Part shown: piece by piece, positions 1 to 10,646 of the stretch
Layout of the letters: each line of letters begins with the position of its first letter
Numbering within the stretch: position 1 is the stretch's first letter
DNA from: Octopus bimaculoides
Lineage: Eukaryota
Assembly (NCBI RefSeq): GCF_001194135.2
Contig: NC_068984.1
Location: 97,574,201 to 97,614,776 of the forward strand
Length of the DNA stretch: 40,576 bases
Direction: 5' to 3'
Position numbers and translations under genes: made by a program
Notes under the pieces: model-generated
Told to the model about the DNA's origin: nothing
Databases searched by the model: none
The model's input: only the letters and a program-made list of their open reading frames with translations

Positions 1-1
1 C

Positions 2-124
2 TGTAAATTCTCACTAATAGTTAGGTCACTAGGTTTTGTGAATAAATGCCTGAGTAACGATCTGGAAATGCGAGGGTATTCAGAAAAAGAAATCAACCAG
101 CTAATTCGCACATTACAAATATAA
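2..124 (+). pseudogene. C-terminal tail of an R4/Dong-like (restriction-like endonuclease) non-LTR retrotransposon ORF
   Basis: Frame 2 reads KFSLIVRSLGFVNKCLSNDLEMRGYSEKEINQLIRTLQI*. This resembles the IIxGALGxVxxCL...L..LG...LIRxLQ pattern that follows the REL endonuclease. It is followed by a putative 3' UTR and a (CATA)n tract. Confidence 0.5.
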
Positions 125-278
125 TCGGTAAGTGAACCGTAAACATTTACAAGACTTTCCACAAGTTTAGAACGTGAATTCAGTTTTCTTATCTTCCAAC
201 AAAAATTGGAACTATGTATCATTATTAGGAATCAGATCCTTCCTCACTAGTAGTTTTCAAGTAATTAAATGTTGACTA

Positions 279-390
279 TACACACACACGTACATGCACA
301 CTCTCATACACACATACATACATACATACATACATACATACATACATACATACATACATACATGCATACATACATACATACATACACACA
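279..390. repeat. (CA)n/(CATA)n microsatellite
   Basis: Directly visible tandem catacatacata array. Confidence 0.95.
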
Positions 391-730
391 CTCGAAGTGA
401 CTAGTTGCTTATTTGGCGTGGGAGGTTATTTATCGAAAATACGATGAATACCCTCGCCAACTTTGAAGCCACAACTATCAGCTATGTTAAATATCTGGTT
501 AATCTTGAGATAAATAAACTCAGGGCGCCTTTGATTCAAGATTGTTGTGAGTTACCAATCAAACTTGAATTTATCATGAGAGGTACAACAAAAAGTATGG
601 CTTGACATATCAACAACAACACAACTGAGAAACAGAACAAAAACAATAGCTCAACACTAAACAGTTTCTTTGTAGTTATAAATATAGAATAAACCGTAAC
701 TACTAAACACATTTTTCATGATGTTATGAA

Positions 731-2080
731 TTGAATACTTCTTTATTCGAATGTTATAAAGAGCGAATAAAAAAAAACTCTCTTGGATGTATAAATAGAT
801 TCAAATCATACTGGGACGATCTGTACCCAGAAGTAAATAATATTTTTGCAAAGCCATTACATCAACAAGCAACATTTGTGGAACATAGGAATGTAACTTC
901 ATTAAAAAAGATCTGAATTGAACCTTCTACCAATCAGTATAAACAAAAACATGAGCAATGGTAGAACACCTGGTTCCACAGATAGCGATATCCCAACAAA
1001 TACTATACTATGCTGCCTCCTACCCAAACCACATTGCACACTAAAATAACTGACTACATTTTCTCTATTAGGATTATGGTAAATAGCAGGTACAACGGCA
1101 ACGATCATTGTAGTAGTAATGAGGGTGATATATCGGTGAAATATGTTCTTAGTAAAATACTTTCAGTTGAAAGTATTCTCTCGAGGGCAGAGTATTCTCC
1201 AACAAAGTAAGTAAATGAGAAACAGACACGGTATTAAAAGTTTTTAATGAAAGTGGAGAGGAATATTTACAGCAGAGTACTGAACCGTCATTCTGGCAGA
1301 TAACGTCTTGTCTGTATGCATACTGTCGCAAAGCAATACATGAACAACACTTAAAGAGCAAATAAAATCGAAACAACGAGGAAAGTGCCATCATGGATTT
1401 TGAAGACAGAGAAAAATATAGCTGATTTACGGAAGGCTATCAGGGATATGCCGACCAATTGTTGATAAACAAAATTGTAATGTCAGAGGTGTGGGAGCAT
1501 ATGAGGAACGTTTTCATGTGCTTGGACTACGAGAAAGCCTTTGACATTCCCCCACTCATGGATGCTACAAGCCCTTCTACTTAAGGTGAGCATAGCTGAC
1601 ATGGCTTCATCGTGGGTCACCATCTTTAAATTAAATACAAAGAGTGATTGCATTATGACTAATAGAATACAGCATCGCAGAGGTGTTATATTCTAGGGGA
1701 CAGCTTCTCTGTGATGCTAGTTATGCTTTCTCTAAACTCGTCATTCATGAGAAGGAAGTATGAAGGGTATCTCCATGTTTCACAAGGAAACAGAAACACT
1801 AAAATTAAACACGGTTTCTTTGCGTATAACTTGAAACTGAATGGCAAGAACATGCAGGAGATGGAAAAGAGCCTTCACCTGGTTACAACATTCTCAAAGG
1901 ATTTAGGGCTGGAGCTTGGTCAGGATAAATGTTGCTATATGGTTGTGAAAAAAGGCAAAATTGTAAACCCGTCCAGCAACATCTCCATCAATCACTTAAC
2001 TGTTTCCTCTATATCTAATGAGGAATGTAACAGGTATCTGGAGGGGGGGGTGAAAACATTTTATGATGGCACCTTGCCCT
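731..2080 (+). mobile_element. Decayed R4/Dong-like non-LTR retrotransposon (N-terminal region plus RT domain)
   Basis: N-terminal RFKSYWDDLYPE...LHQQA at 731-916. RT-like DQLLINKIVM...CLDYEKAFD(fs)HSWMLQAL at ~1450-1580. GDSFSVMLVMLSLN...LKLNGKN...FSKDLGLELGQDKC at ~1695-1940, matching the GDSLSP / MDDLKLY / FGLxKC motifs. Several stops and frameshifts. Confidence 0.75.
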
Positions 2081-2084
2081 TCAT

Positions 2085-2553
2085 CACGATAAAGTGATGG
2101 TTTGTTGCCAATTTAATGTGGCAGTCCACGGAAAGGGAACAATGCTACTGCAACAAACCACTTTATCTTGCTGCTACTGTATAAGTCTCTCTGAGAGATT
2201 TAGAAATGAAATATTTCTAATTTTGTAGTGAATTCATTTCACTTGAAAAGGCGAATAAGCATCGACAGCTAGAAAGCCAAGCTACTCTAGACTGTTGAAG
2301 AGGAATGGGTCTGAAACTAGTCTCTGGATACTGGTTTGCTGGGTAGAGGAGTTTATCTCCTCTGATTGAAAACTTAAGGACACGGAACGCTTGTGTCACA
2401 TAGCCAACTGGTAACGAAATTTCCTGGGGTTTAATAGCATTAAAATTCTTTCCTTTCCTGGGATTGCCACATTAAGTTAGCAACAAACCATCAGTTTATC
2501 GTGCTGCTACTGTATAAGTCTCTGTGTGAGATTTAGAAACGCAATATTTCTAA
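2085..2553 (+). mobile_element. Hammerhead-bearing non-coding element (Penelope-like/retrozyme-like) with direct repeat and 5' inverted segment
   Basis: Direct repeat ~2150-2222 vs ~2480-2553 (gcaacaaacc...tttatc.tgctgctactgtataagtctc...atatttctaatt). Segment 2085-2147 is an inverted copy of ~2434-2503. A hammerhead motif lies at 2286-2328. Confidence 0.7.
2286..2328 (+). ncRNA. Type I minimal hammerhead ribozyme motif (A6U core variant)
   Basis: TCTAGA-CTGTTGA-AGA(ggaatggg)TCT-GAA-ACTAGT-C-TCTGGA. Helix I has 6 bp including one G.U, helix II has 3 bp, helix III is the palindrome ACTAGT, and the predicted GUC cleavage site falls after 2322. Confidence 0.7.
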
Positions 2554-2562
2554 TTATATATA

Positions 2563-2564
<2 letters not shown>

Positions 2565-2645
<81 letters not shown>
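2565..2645. repeat. (TG)n microsatellite
   Basis: About 40 perfect TG units. Confidence 0.97.
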
Positions 2646-2648
<3 letters not shown>

Positions 2649-2709
2649 CCAACGACACATACCTAATGCAACTAAAGGTCTCCAGAACTTCTAAAAACAC
2701 TTCACTCCT

Positions 2710-4076
2710 TCAAGTCAGTACCTCTCGGTAGACAATGTTCTTAGTAACAGTTCGCCCCCTTCTCCTTTCTTATCCGTCTGTCTACCACCTGTGACTTATT
2801 CATAGACATGGCATATGACAAACGGACAGCAAACTGGGTTCTCTCCAAGGTGAATGGCAAGCTAAGGTCACTTGGAGCCAGCTTTATTCTGGAGATGAGG
2901 ACACATCTGCCAATTAGTGAGCCGCTAATCAAGGAAGTCTCGTCTGAATGTTGATGCATGGCCACCATTTCCAGTCTTGTACCATTGCAGAGTCCATTGA
3001 GTCCATTCTGGATATAAATGTTATGTAGAAGCATTACTATTAGCCGGGTTTTAAACACAATTTATGAGGAGGCATTCCTTATGGTGTCAAAGAGTTTAGA
3101 AATTCAAGTGGATAGCGCTCAGCCGCAGCAGAATCATATGTGAAAACTTTACATGTACTATAATAGGTACAGCAGTCAGCTGGAAGTTGTCTCAGAATTT
3201 TCTCGTTGATCAGGAGGCAGTCTGAATTCTTTCGCGAAAGAATTACTCTGCTTCTTTTCTCTTCCTCAGATGCATTGTTGAAGCTATCCACCAGAGAGCC
3301 GTCAAAGTTTGAAATCTGAGGCACTTCTATGTCATCAGCAGCAAGACTAGGAACTTGTGGAGTTGTATATTTTCCATTGCCAAGATGCAAGAGCCATGCT
3401 GCAAATTCCCTTTGATCTGCTGTTGTCCTGATATTATGGTTTCATTTTTAATGGATGAAATTCAACCATAGAGGAGAATTTTTAATAGAGATTTCAGTAA
3501 TTGACTCACGAGTTCCTCTTGGCAATATGGGTAGGACTTGCCTAGAGTGTCCCCCCAAGAGCACAACTTTACCACCAAAAAAACAGCGGCAATGGTAGTG
3601 ATATCGCACAAGGCTTTATCAATAGCATAAAGAGCAAACGAATGGATCATAGAAAACTCATCCAAAATGATCAAATACAGGTTTCGTAAATGATTTGCAT
3701 GGTCTGAAGTGGCTGGTACATTACAAACGCTGGCCTCCATGAGTGGGACAGGCAACTTGAACAAAGTATGGATAGTATTTCCACCTGACATTAGTGTAGA
3801 AGCAATGCCTGTTCAAGCAACACTGCATACGTTACAGTTGTGCCTTCGCAGATAAGAAATTATGGTATTAAACAAATAAGTTTTACCACAATTTCCTGGT
3901 GCATCTACATAGAAAGAGGAGTGGTTGTGTACCTCACCTCTCCTCTTCTTATCTACAGGTTCAAGCACAGCATTAGCAATCAGTCTCTGTTTATCTGTAA
4001 GCATTAGCAAAACCTGGGTGATCGAGGTATTCATGATGGCCAAGCTGCAGTAATCCAATAGGTTCAGGCAGACCAA
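2710..4076 (-). pseudogene. Helitron PIF1-family (SF1B) helicase domain, frameshifted
   Basis: Walker A-like VDAPGNCGKTYLFN, GGNTIHTLFKLP, Walker B-like IILDEFSM, YPLEFLNSLTP, GLCNGTRL, QFAVRLSYAMSMNKSQ and TKNIVYREVL. Confidence 0.92.
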
Positions 4077-4103
4077 TTGCTAAACAATGAATGCCATTCT
4101 CTA

Positions 4104-6049
4104 TCAGAATTGCATTGAGTGCAGTCCCATGTTTTCTGCGTGTTCTACATTAAAACCTTGCTGCAAGAAATCTTCAATCATGGATTCCTTGTGAGTGGTC
4201 CACAGGTGAAGAGCATTTTCAGAGTTCATATACGTGCACAGGGCAGCAAACATAACACGCAACTGTAAGGGCATCCGACAGGCAGCAAACATAACACGCA
4301 ACTGTAAGGGCATCCGACAGGCAGCAGCTTCTAGCAAAGCATGTTCCAGTTTGTCATCGCTTGAGAGAAGACCGTATCTCAGGCATGATGCCTTAACTAT
4401 TCGCAAAATTTCTCTTTCTACAGTGCGCAAATCCTGGAGGCTCACGCGCCTGAAACATGTAGCAGCAACATTCACAAGTGAAATTTTTCTGTCTCTAGGG
4501 CTCACTGTATATATTCTACTGATGATATTAGTATTCATTTGTCTTGATGTTAATGTTCTAGTGTGCTCATTAAACACATAAAGTAGCGGAATGTCAGGGT
4601 ACAAGTGGTTCTTTGCATCAACATCGTCATGCACATTCAGTTTGAACCATGCAGTGAGGGTAGTCTCACGGTCCCTCTCTGCGTGAGCAGTTTGCTTAGC
4701 GCTGCCTCTGTGAAAGTAAACTCTTTGCTGGTCTTCAAGATATACTGCAAGTCTGTAGTCAGTGTGAGATGTATCATGTACCTTGAACTCTGACAGTCCC
4801 CACATTGCTTCTGGAGAAGAAACATATCGGCAAGCAAGACTATTAGTAATTTCATCGTGGGTTTGATTCTGCTCACAATCTGCCGCTGGATTGTCTTTTA
4901 CTTCAAAAGAAGTATTGTCATGTCCTTTGTACGCGTGCTTGAAGATGTATTCAATGTTTTTCACGGATGAACAAATTTCTACATAAATGTGAGCTCTGTA
5001 CTATTGTCAACTGAGTGACGTTCAATTTCGACTGTGACTCCAGTATAGCATCTTCTGTACTCTCGATAGACATTCAAATTGAAAAACGTTTCACCTCAGT
5101 AGTTCCTTAGGAATTTATTTTGACATGAGCTATTTTCCATACAAAGGAAGAAAGGATTATCAGTTCCGCATCATGCATTTTCTTACTAAATCGTGCAAGA
5201 CTGGATCATCATTGGCATCAGGAATTTCAGATGACACGATCTTATCTATGTCATCGCTGTTTCTGAGTTTGTCCTCGTTTCTTAACACTACCAACATGTG
5301 GCAGTGCGGAAGACTCCTCTTCTGAAACTCAATGATATGGACATGAGCCACTGGCACCCCAAAAATGTGTCTATACTTTATGTCCCTCATAAGTTCTGCA
5401 AGGTGGGACTTGTACACTCGGGCAAGTAAATCTGGCCTATTTTTAGGTGTTTCCTTTTGCTATTTTCTATCAACTATCGGGCTGCAAGTGTAAGTGATGA
5501 ACAAGTCTGGCTTAGCACATTTTGAAACAATATTGGTACATATTCCTTGACCTTCCTGTGAATGGGGAAGGCAGTATCACTGCCATTCCTGGTTCAATAT
5601 TCTCATCTGCTCCTGTGTTCAAATAGTCCATCAATCCATTGTACCTTTCCACTAGCAACTGGGTCTGAATGTTCCTAAGATATTGCAACCCCTAACCTTT
5701 AACCTTGACTTATGCCTCCACAACATAGTGTTGAAATAGCTGTAGTAATCTTGCATTGTCAGACGCTTACCCACACGAGTTCGGCGTTCCGCGACATGTT
5801 GCATCTCAAAATGCCATCCAAATTCCCGTGGGAAAACAGAATTGGGTAGCTCATAGGGTCGAAGTGGCATGACGTGTAAGATATTTTTTCAGGAGGCGCA
5901 TCTCTGGAATACACAATAATGTCTCTATTTTCAGGAGGGGCACCATTTTCTCCAGCAAGCACTACTGCTGTTTCATTGCTGGTGGGGAAATTGTAGCGCC
6001 TAATATCGGACCCTCTACTGGAACGTAACTCACATCTCCGTATTGGCAC
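4104..6049 (-). pseudogene. Helitron Rep (HUH endonuclease) domain, fragmented
   Basis: RRYNFPTSNETAVVL, FDPMSYPILF, PDLFITYTC (motif 1), IEFQKRSLPHCHML (HUH motif 2), IEYIFKHAYKGHD (motif 3-like), RYVSSPEAMW and TTLTAWFKLN. Confidence 0.92.
4242..4327. repeat. 39-bp in-frame tandem duplication inside Helitron A
   Basis: ggcagcaaacataacacgcaactgtaagggcatccgaca occurs twice (4242-4280, 4281-4319) plus a partial third copy. It encodes AACRMPLQLRVMF twice. Confidence 0.95.
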
Positions 6050-7057
6050 ATTGTCTCTTCTGGCTCTCTCCTCTCACTGGTTTAACTGCATGCATGTTCT
6101 TGTACAATTCTGCATTAGGATTAATTTGGTGGATAACATCATTTATTTTTCTCATAGTAACAGAGGAACACTCAGAATTTTGAGGCGCATCCATCCTGTA
6201 TTGCAGAGCTTCATCACCATCAATGATGTATAACTGGCTGTATTGCAGTTGATCATTAGCAGGATGCAGGTTTCTCGCCATCATGTGGTCAGTTTCGCCC
6301 TGAATGTGGAGGCAATACGCAATCCTACCTGGAAGCGCTGCCACTTTGATTCCAAATGACGCAAAGGAAAAGGTACAATTATAAGTCTCTAGATATGGCT
6401 GCAATGCAGGCACGTTCACTTTTCCATGGTGGCAACAACAGTTATTTTCGTTTCTAAACCTAAGCGCACCACAGTATTCACATATAATGTTCATTTCTCC
6501 TATGTTAAATTGTTCAGCACTGGCCTATCACACGCTGTCACTGCATCTGATGCCTCCTGAAATTGTCAATTTCACCAGCATTCATATTTTGAACTCTTTC
6601 TCGATATATTCCCCTTTGGTTTTGCTGATAAGTAACCCTGTCATGTTGATTCATGTTCCTTACCCTTTGCTGAAATAAGTTTCTCTGCTGCTCGCGGCAC
6701 TCTGCACGCTGTTCCTCATTCATATTTTCTCTCCTTTGCTTACATAAGTGTCTCTGTTGCTCGCGGTACTGTGTATGCCGTTTCTCATTCGTATTGTCCC
6801 ACCTTTGCTGTGATAAGTTTCTCTGCTGCTCGTGGTACTCTGCATGCCTTTCCTTATTCATATTGTTTCGTCTTGTTTGTTGTCTCCTCCTATATTGTTG
6901 CAGGTATTACTCGTGTTGTTAATCCTCCATTGACGCTCGCCTCAGCTGCTGGTGTTGCCTGTCTCTCTAGGATTTCCTGCCTCTGATCTTTCCTTATCCT
7001 CTGCCTGTAGAGCCTCATTCTCGCGCGAGCAGTTTCTACTTTTTGTTGCCGGTTCAT
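6030..7057 (-). pseudogene. Helitron RepHel N-terminus: Gln/Arg/Glu-rich repeats and a zinc-binding motif
   Basis: MNRQQKVETARARMRLYRQR... begins at 7057. It is followed by 23-aa EQQRNL.QQR.ENMNE.. repeats, then MNIICEYCGALRFRNENNCCCHHGKV, YNCTFSFASFG and LQYSQLYIIDG. Confidence 0.8.
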
Positions 7058-7666
7058 GATGAATGCAGTTTATAAGCACAAAAGGAATACAAGATAATAT
7101 TTATACAAAACACGAAGAAAAAATTGATAAAAATGGACTGTTATAGGAAATTCGGATCTTCTATGTTTCACTCACAAAATCAGCCCCCTTTAATTTTGCT
7201 CAGATTGTTTTCAATTTTGGTGTATCGTTGCAATACTAAATTTTGATTATTCTTAGGTAATTGCGTAATCTCGTAAATTAAGCCTGATGTTTATTTGGAA
7301 TTAAAGTTTGAAAATTTGGGTAGTTTTAGCCATCAACAGGCAGCAAAGCATTAACAACTTGTTACCATGACAACAGCACGTTGTGTCTGGATGCGTGCAT
7401 CTGCGCAAGTCAGTGGCACACGCGATAAAAAAAAAGACCTCTGCATTTTGAGTAACATTTTATTTCAATTTCAAAATTTGTTTTATTTATTTATTTTATT
7501 ACATCGAGATATTTGTTCGAAGCAGATTACGTTTGAATAACATTTGATTTCAGTTCCTAAATTCATTTCATTAGATATACAGATAAAAATCCCATCCCCG
7601 ATTTACAGTTTATACATATCTATACATGTATGTATAGACATGTGTGTCTACACAGAATGTCGCACG

Positions 7667-7706
<40 letters not shown>

Positions 7707-7894
7707 TACAAACTTTCTATCACCACTGTCTCCCTTTCCCTCTCACTCTGACTCTTTCTTTCTCACTACCTCTCTTCTCTTTCCTCTTATATATTATATG
7801 AAGAGCGTAACGGACGGACGAACAAACTAAGGTGGGAACAAGCAGAATTATAATATGATAAAATTAAATAATTTGTATTAATTTTTACCTAAAT

Positions 7895-8523
7895 NNNNNN
7901 NNNNNNNNNNNNNNNNNNNNNNNNNNNNNNNNNNNNNNNNNNNNNNNNNNNNNNNNNNNNNNNNNNNNNNNNNNNNNNNNNNNNNNNNNNNNNNNNNNNN
8001 NNNNNNNNNNNNNNNNNNNNNNNNNNNNNNNNNNNNNNNNNNNNNNNNNNNNNNNNNNNNNNNNNNNNNNNNNNNNNNNNNNNNNNNNNNNNNNNNNNNN
8101 NNNNNNNNNNNNNNNNNNNNNNNNNNNNNNNNNNNNNNNNNNNNNNNNNNNNNNNNNNNNNNNNNNNNNNNNNNNNNNNNNNNNNNNNNNNNNNNNNNNN
8201 NNNNNNNNNNNNNNNNNNNNNNNNNNNNNNNNNNNNNNNNNNNNNNNNNNNNNNNNNNNNNNNNNNNNNNNNNNNNNNNNNNNNNNNNNNNNNNNNNNNN
8301 NNNNNNNNNNNNNNNNNNNNNNNNNNNNNNNNNNNNNNNNNNNNNNNNNNNNNNNNNNNNNNNNNNNNNNNNNNNNNNNNNNNNNNNNNNNNNNNNNNNN
8401 NNNNNNNNNNNNNNNNNNNNNNNNNNNNNNNNNNNNNNNNNNNNNNNNNNNNNNNNNNNNNNNNNNNNNNNNNNNNNNNNNNNNNNNNNNNNNNNNNNNN
8501 NNNNNNNNNNNNNNNNNNNNNNN
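7895..8523. other. Assembly gap. Other N runs are at 12469-12669, 14488-14497, 18443-18452, 25483-25675, 28324-28738, 30956-31450, 32211-33014 and 36016-36197.
   Basis: Runs of n in the sequence. Confidence 0.97.
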
Positions 8524-8655
8524 TATATATATATATATATGTTCTACGCAATGCTGGCATCAGGTTTGTGCAAAATATGTCAAAAGTGGTAAAAGTTATG
8601 GTTGAAAATGGGGTGTAGCCAATTTTAGTGGGAAATCCTATAAGGAATCGGTTTA

Positions 8656-10150
8656 TCAATTTTTTATCCTAACTGAATGGAAAACACCAAAGGAATGCCT
8701 GCCACTGATAGTGTTTGGCCTTGGGATTTGTGGATGTACATGGCGAAGCATGGTCTCACCGGGAACTGCGGAAGTTAACCGGCATGTCTGACTCCGAGGG
8801 ATAAAGCTGCATTCTTGAAATGAAAACATTTTCACCTCTCCCGCACCCTGTAACAAGGTGGCATCAATCAAGTGGGGCGTTAGGGATTTGATTACTAAGC
8901 GGGTCCCGTTGCACTGTTTAGGCAGAAGTAAGTTTCTGATTAGCATAATTGGACGTCCGACCCTTAGCCTAAGAATGTGAGGTGGAAGCCCTGCTAGCTC
9001 CAATGAGTTAAGAAACTCGATAGGGTAATTGACAATGTCTTGGGGGTCAGAGGTCCGGTCAATCGATTTGTAGATGCGCTCCTCACCCGGAATTCGGTTT
9101 ATTTGCTGGTCGTTGAAAGAACTGATAGTTACGTTTTGGGGTGGCCAGGATGGTTCTTTCACTGAGCCAATTGATGTCTGCATTGTTACTTTCTAGATTG
9201 GGGAACACTGTTTCCAAAAGATCGGAATGGTTTTCCACGGTGTTGCACAGTTCAGAGATGTATATGTCGCCCCTATCATTCCTAGGGAGCTTGCCTTCTC
9301 CAAGGGTCAAAATGTCTTCAGAAAATGCAGCAGACGTGTTATCACTAAGTAAGTGCGCGCGCATGGTTGTGCTTAGACTTAAGGTCTTAACCTGGAGCCA
9401 CAAGATGGATGACTTGAGGCATGCGCGCACTTCATCAGCCCGGATCCGTTCAGGGATGACAGGAAGGGTTGGCCGGAAATCTCCTGACAGCAATTGGGTT
9501 ACACCACCCATAGAAGCTGTAGAATCCCTGATACCATTCAGTTACCGGTCTAGTGCCTCAAGGGCACCCTTATTGGTCATTGTGCATTCGTCCCATACAA
9601 TGAGACGGCACTGTCTAACAACTCCAGCTTCCTCTGAATTTTTGCTAATGTTACAAGTAGGAACCTCGGTCCTCACTAAATGTAAAGGCAGCTTGAATGC
9701 TGAGTGCGCCGTCCTACTTCCCGGCAATAACGTAGCAGCGATTCCCGAAGTAGCAACGGCTAGCGCAATTTGTTTCTCGCGACGAATTTTAGCAAGTATT
9801 AATTATGTTACAAAGGATTTGCCGGTACCTCTAGGAGCATTGAGGGAAAAAGTGCCACCCGCCTGTTTTCTAACGGCACTGACGACAGTTTTGTACACTA
9901 GCCTCTGATCAGGGAGCAATTTCAGTTCATTTACTCTCAGGTACTCCGCAAGGCCATCAGCGTCATACAACTCCAGAAGTAACTTTGGTGGGAGTGTGTT
10001 AACGTCCTGTCGAACATGAGGATGGCAAACTGATGCCCATTTTGAGCAGGGTATCTTTGATTTCAATCAGCGCATTATTGTAGATCAGGTCATTGTATCC
10101 AATGTCAGCATTAGGGCACTGTTGCTTTGCCAGTCATCATTTGCCTTGAC
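8656..10150 (-). pseudogene. Second Helitron PIF1-like helicase, frameshifted
   Basis: IYNNALIEIKD, LNAPRGTGKSFV (Walker A), ATSGIAATLLPGSRTAHSAFKLP, IVWDECTM (Walker B), GGVTQLLSGDFRPTLPVIP, YPIEFLNSLELAGLPPHILRLRVGRPIMLIRNL..CNGTRL and AMSIHKSQGQTL. Confidence 0.93.
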
Positions 10151-10216
10151 CACTGAGAAAGCAAAATTACGTACAGAGAATTTCATAAACAGAAATGAAT
10201 GGAAAAAATGATTCGT

Positions 10217-10646
10217 AAATTTTTAGATTAACACTTGCACGATTTTCACTAAAAAAAAAAAGTAGGATTTTTCGCGTGGAGTCAATACCTTGGCCTTCTA
10301 ATATGCTACAAATCCCTTTTTGTGGTCCGAAAGACGGTGTTGGGTGTGGTGGAAGCCTCGGAAATTTCACACACACACACCCCAATTGATATTTTCGCCA
10401 TCTATTTTTCGCAGTACGTTGAAAAATACAAAGATTAAGAATATGGAAAACAATTTTGTTTTAATCTGAAATTTACCATCAAAAACTCCAGGCAAATTTT
10501 TAGATAACACTCGCACGATTTTCAATAAGAAAAAAATCGGATTTTTTTGCGTGGAATCAACTACCCTGGCCTCCTAATATGCTACAAAACCCTCTTTATG
10601 ATCCGAGAAACGGGGTGGGGTGTGGTGGAGCCTCGGAAATTTTACC
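10217..10646 (+). repeat. Diverged ~150-bp direct repeat pair (10217-10370 and 10494-10646) of a dispersed repeat family
   Basis: aaattttt.gat.aacac..gcacgattttca...gcgtgga.tcaa...ctaatatgctacaaa...ggtgtggtgga.gcctcggaaattt occurs twice. An inverted third copy lies at ~40290-40410. Confidence 0.8.

Larger units (their letters stand above)
2646..7858 (-). mobile_element. Helitron A, near-full-length decayed autonomous element
   Basis: Minus-strand order is: 5' terminus a|TCATATTATAATT...GTTTGTTCGTCCGTCCGTTACGC (TC after A at 7858), ATG at 7057, N-terminal repeats, CxxC zinc-binding region, Rep (HUH) domain, PIF1-like helicase, and C-terminal TKNIVYREVLT* (stop at 2710-2712). The 3' boundary is uncertain. 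Confidence 0.85.

Noticed and set aside
413-500. HDV-like ribozyme at the 5' end of the R4-like element (CCCTCGC resembles L3)
   Set aside because: P1 has two mismatches and P3/P2 could not be built. Only a simple hairpin is supported.
2646-2710. Canonical Helitron 3' hairpin plus CTRR terminus for Helitron A
   Set aside because: Only CTAC before (AC)n and a 5-bp agacc/ggtct pairing were found, so the 3' end remains undefined.
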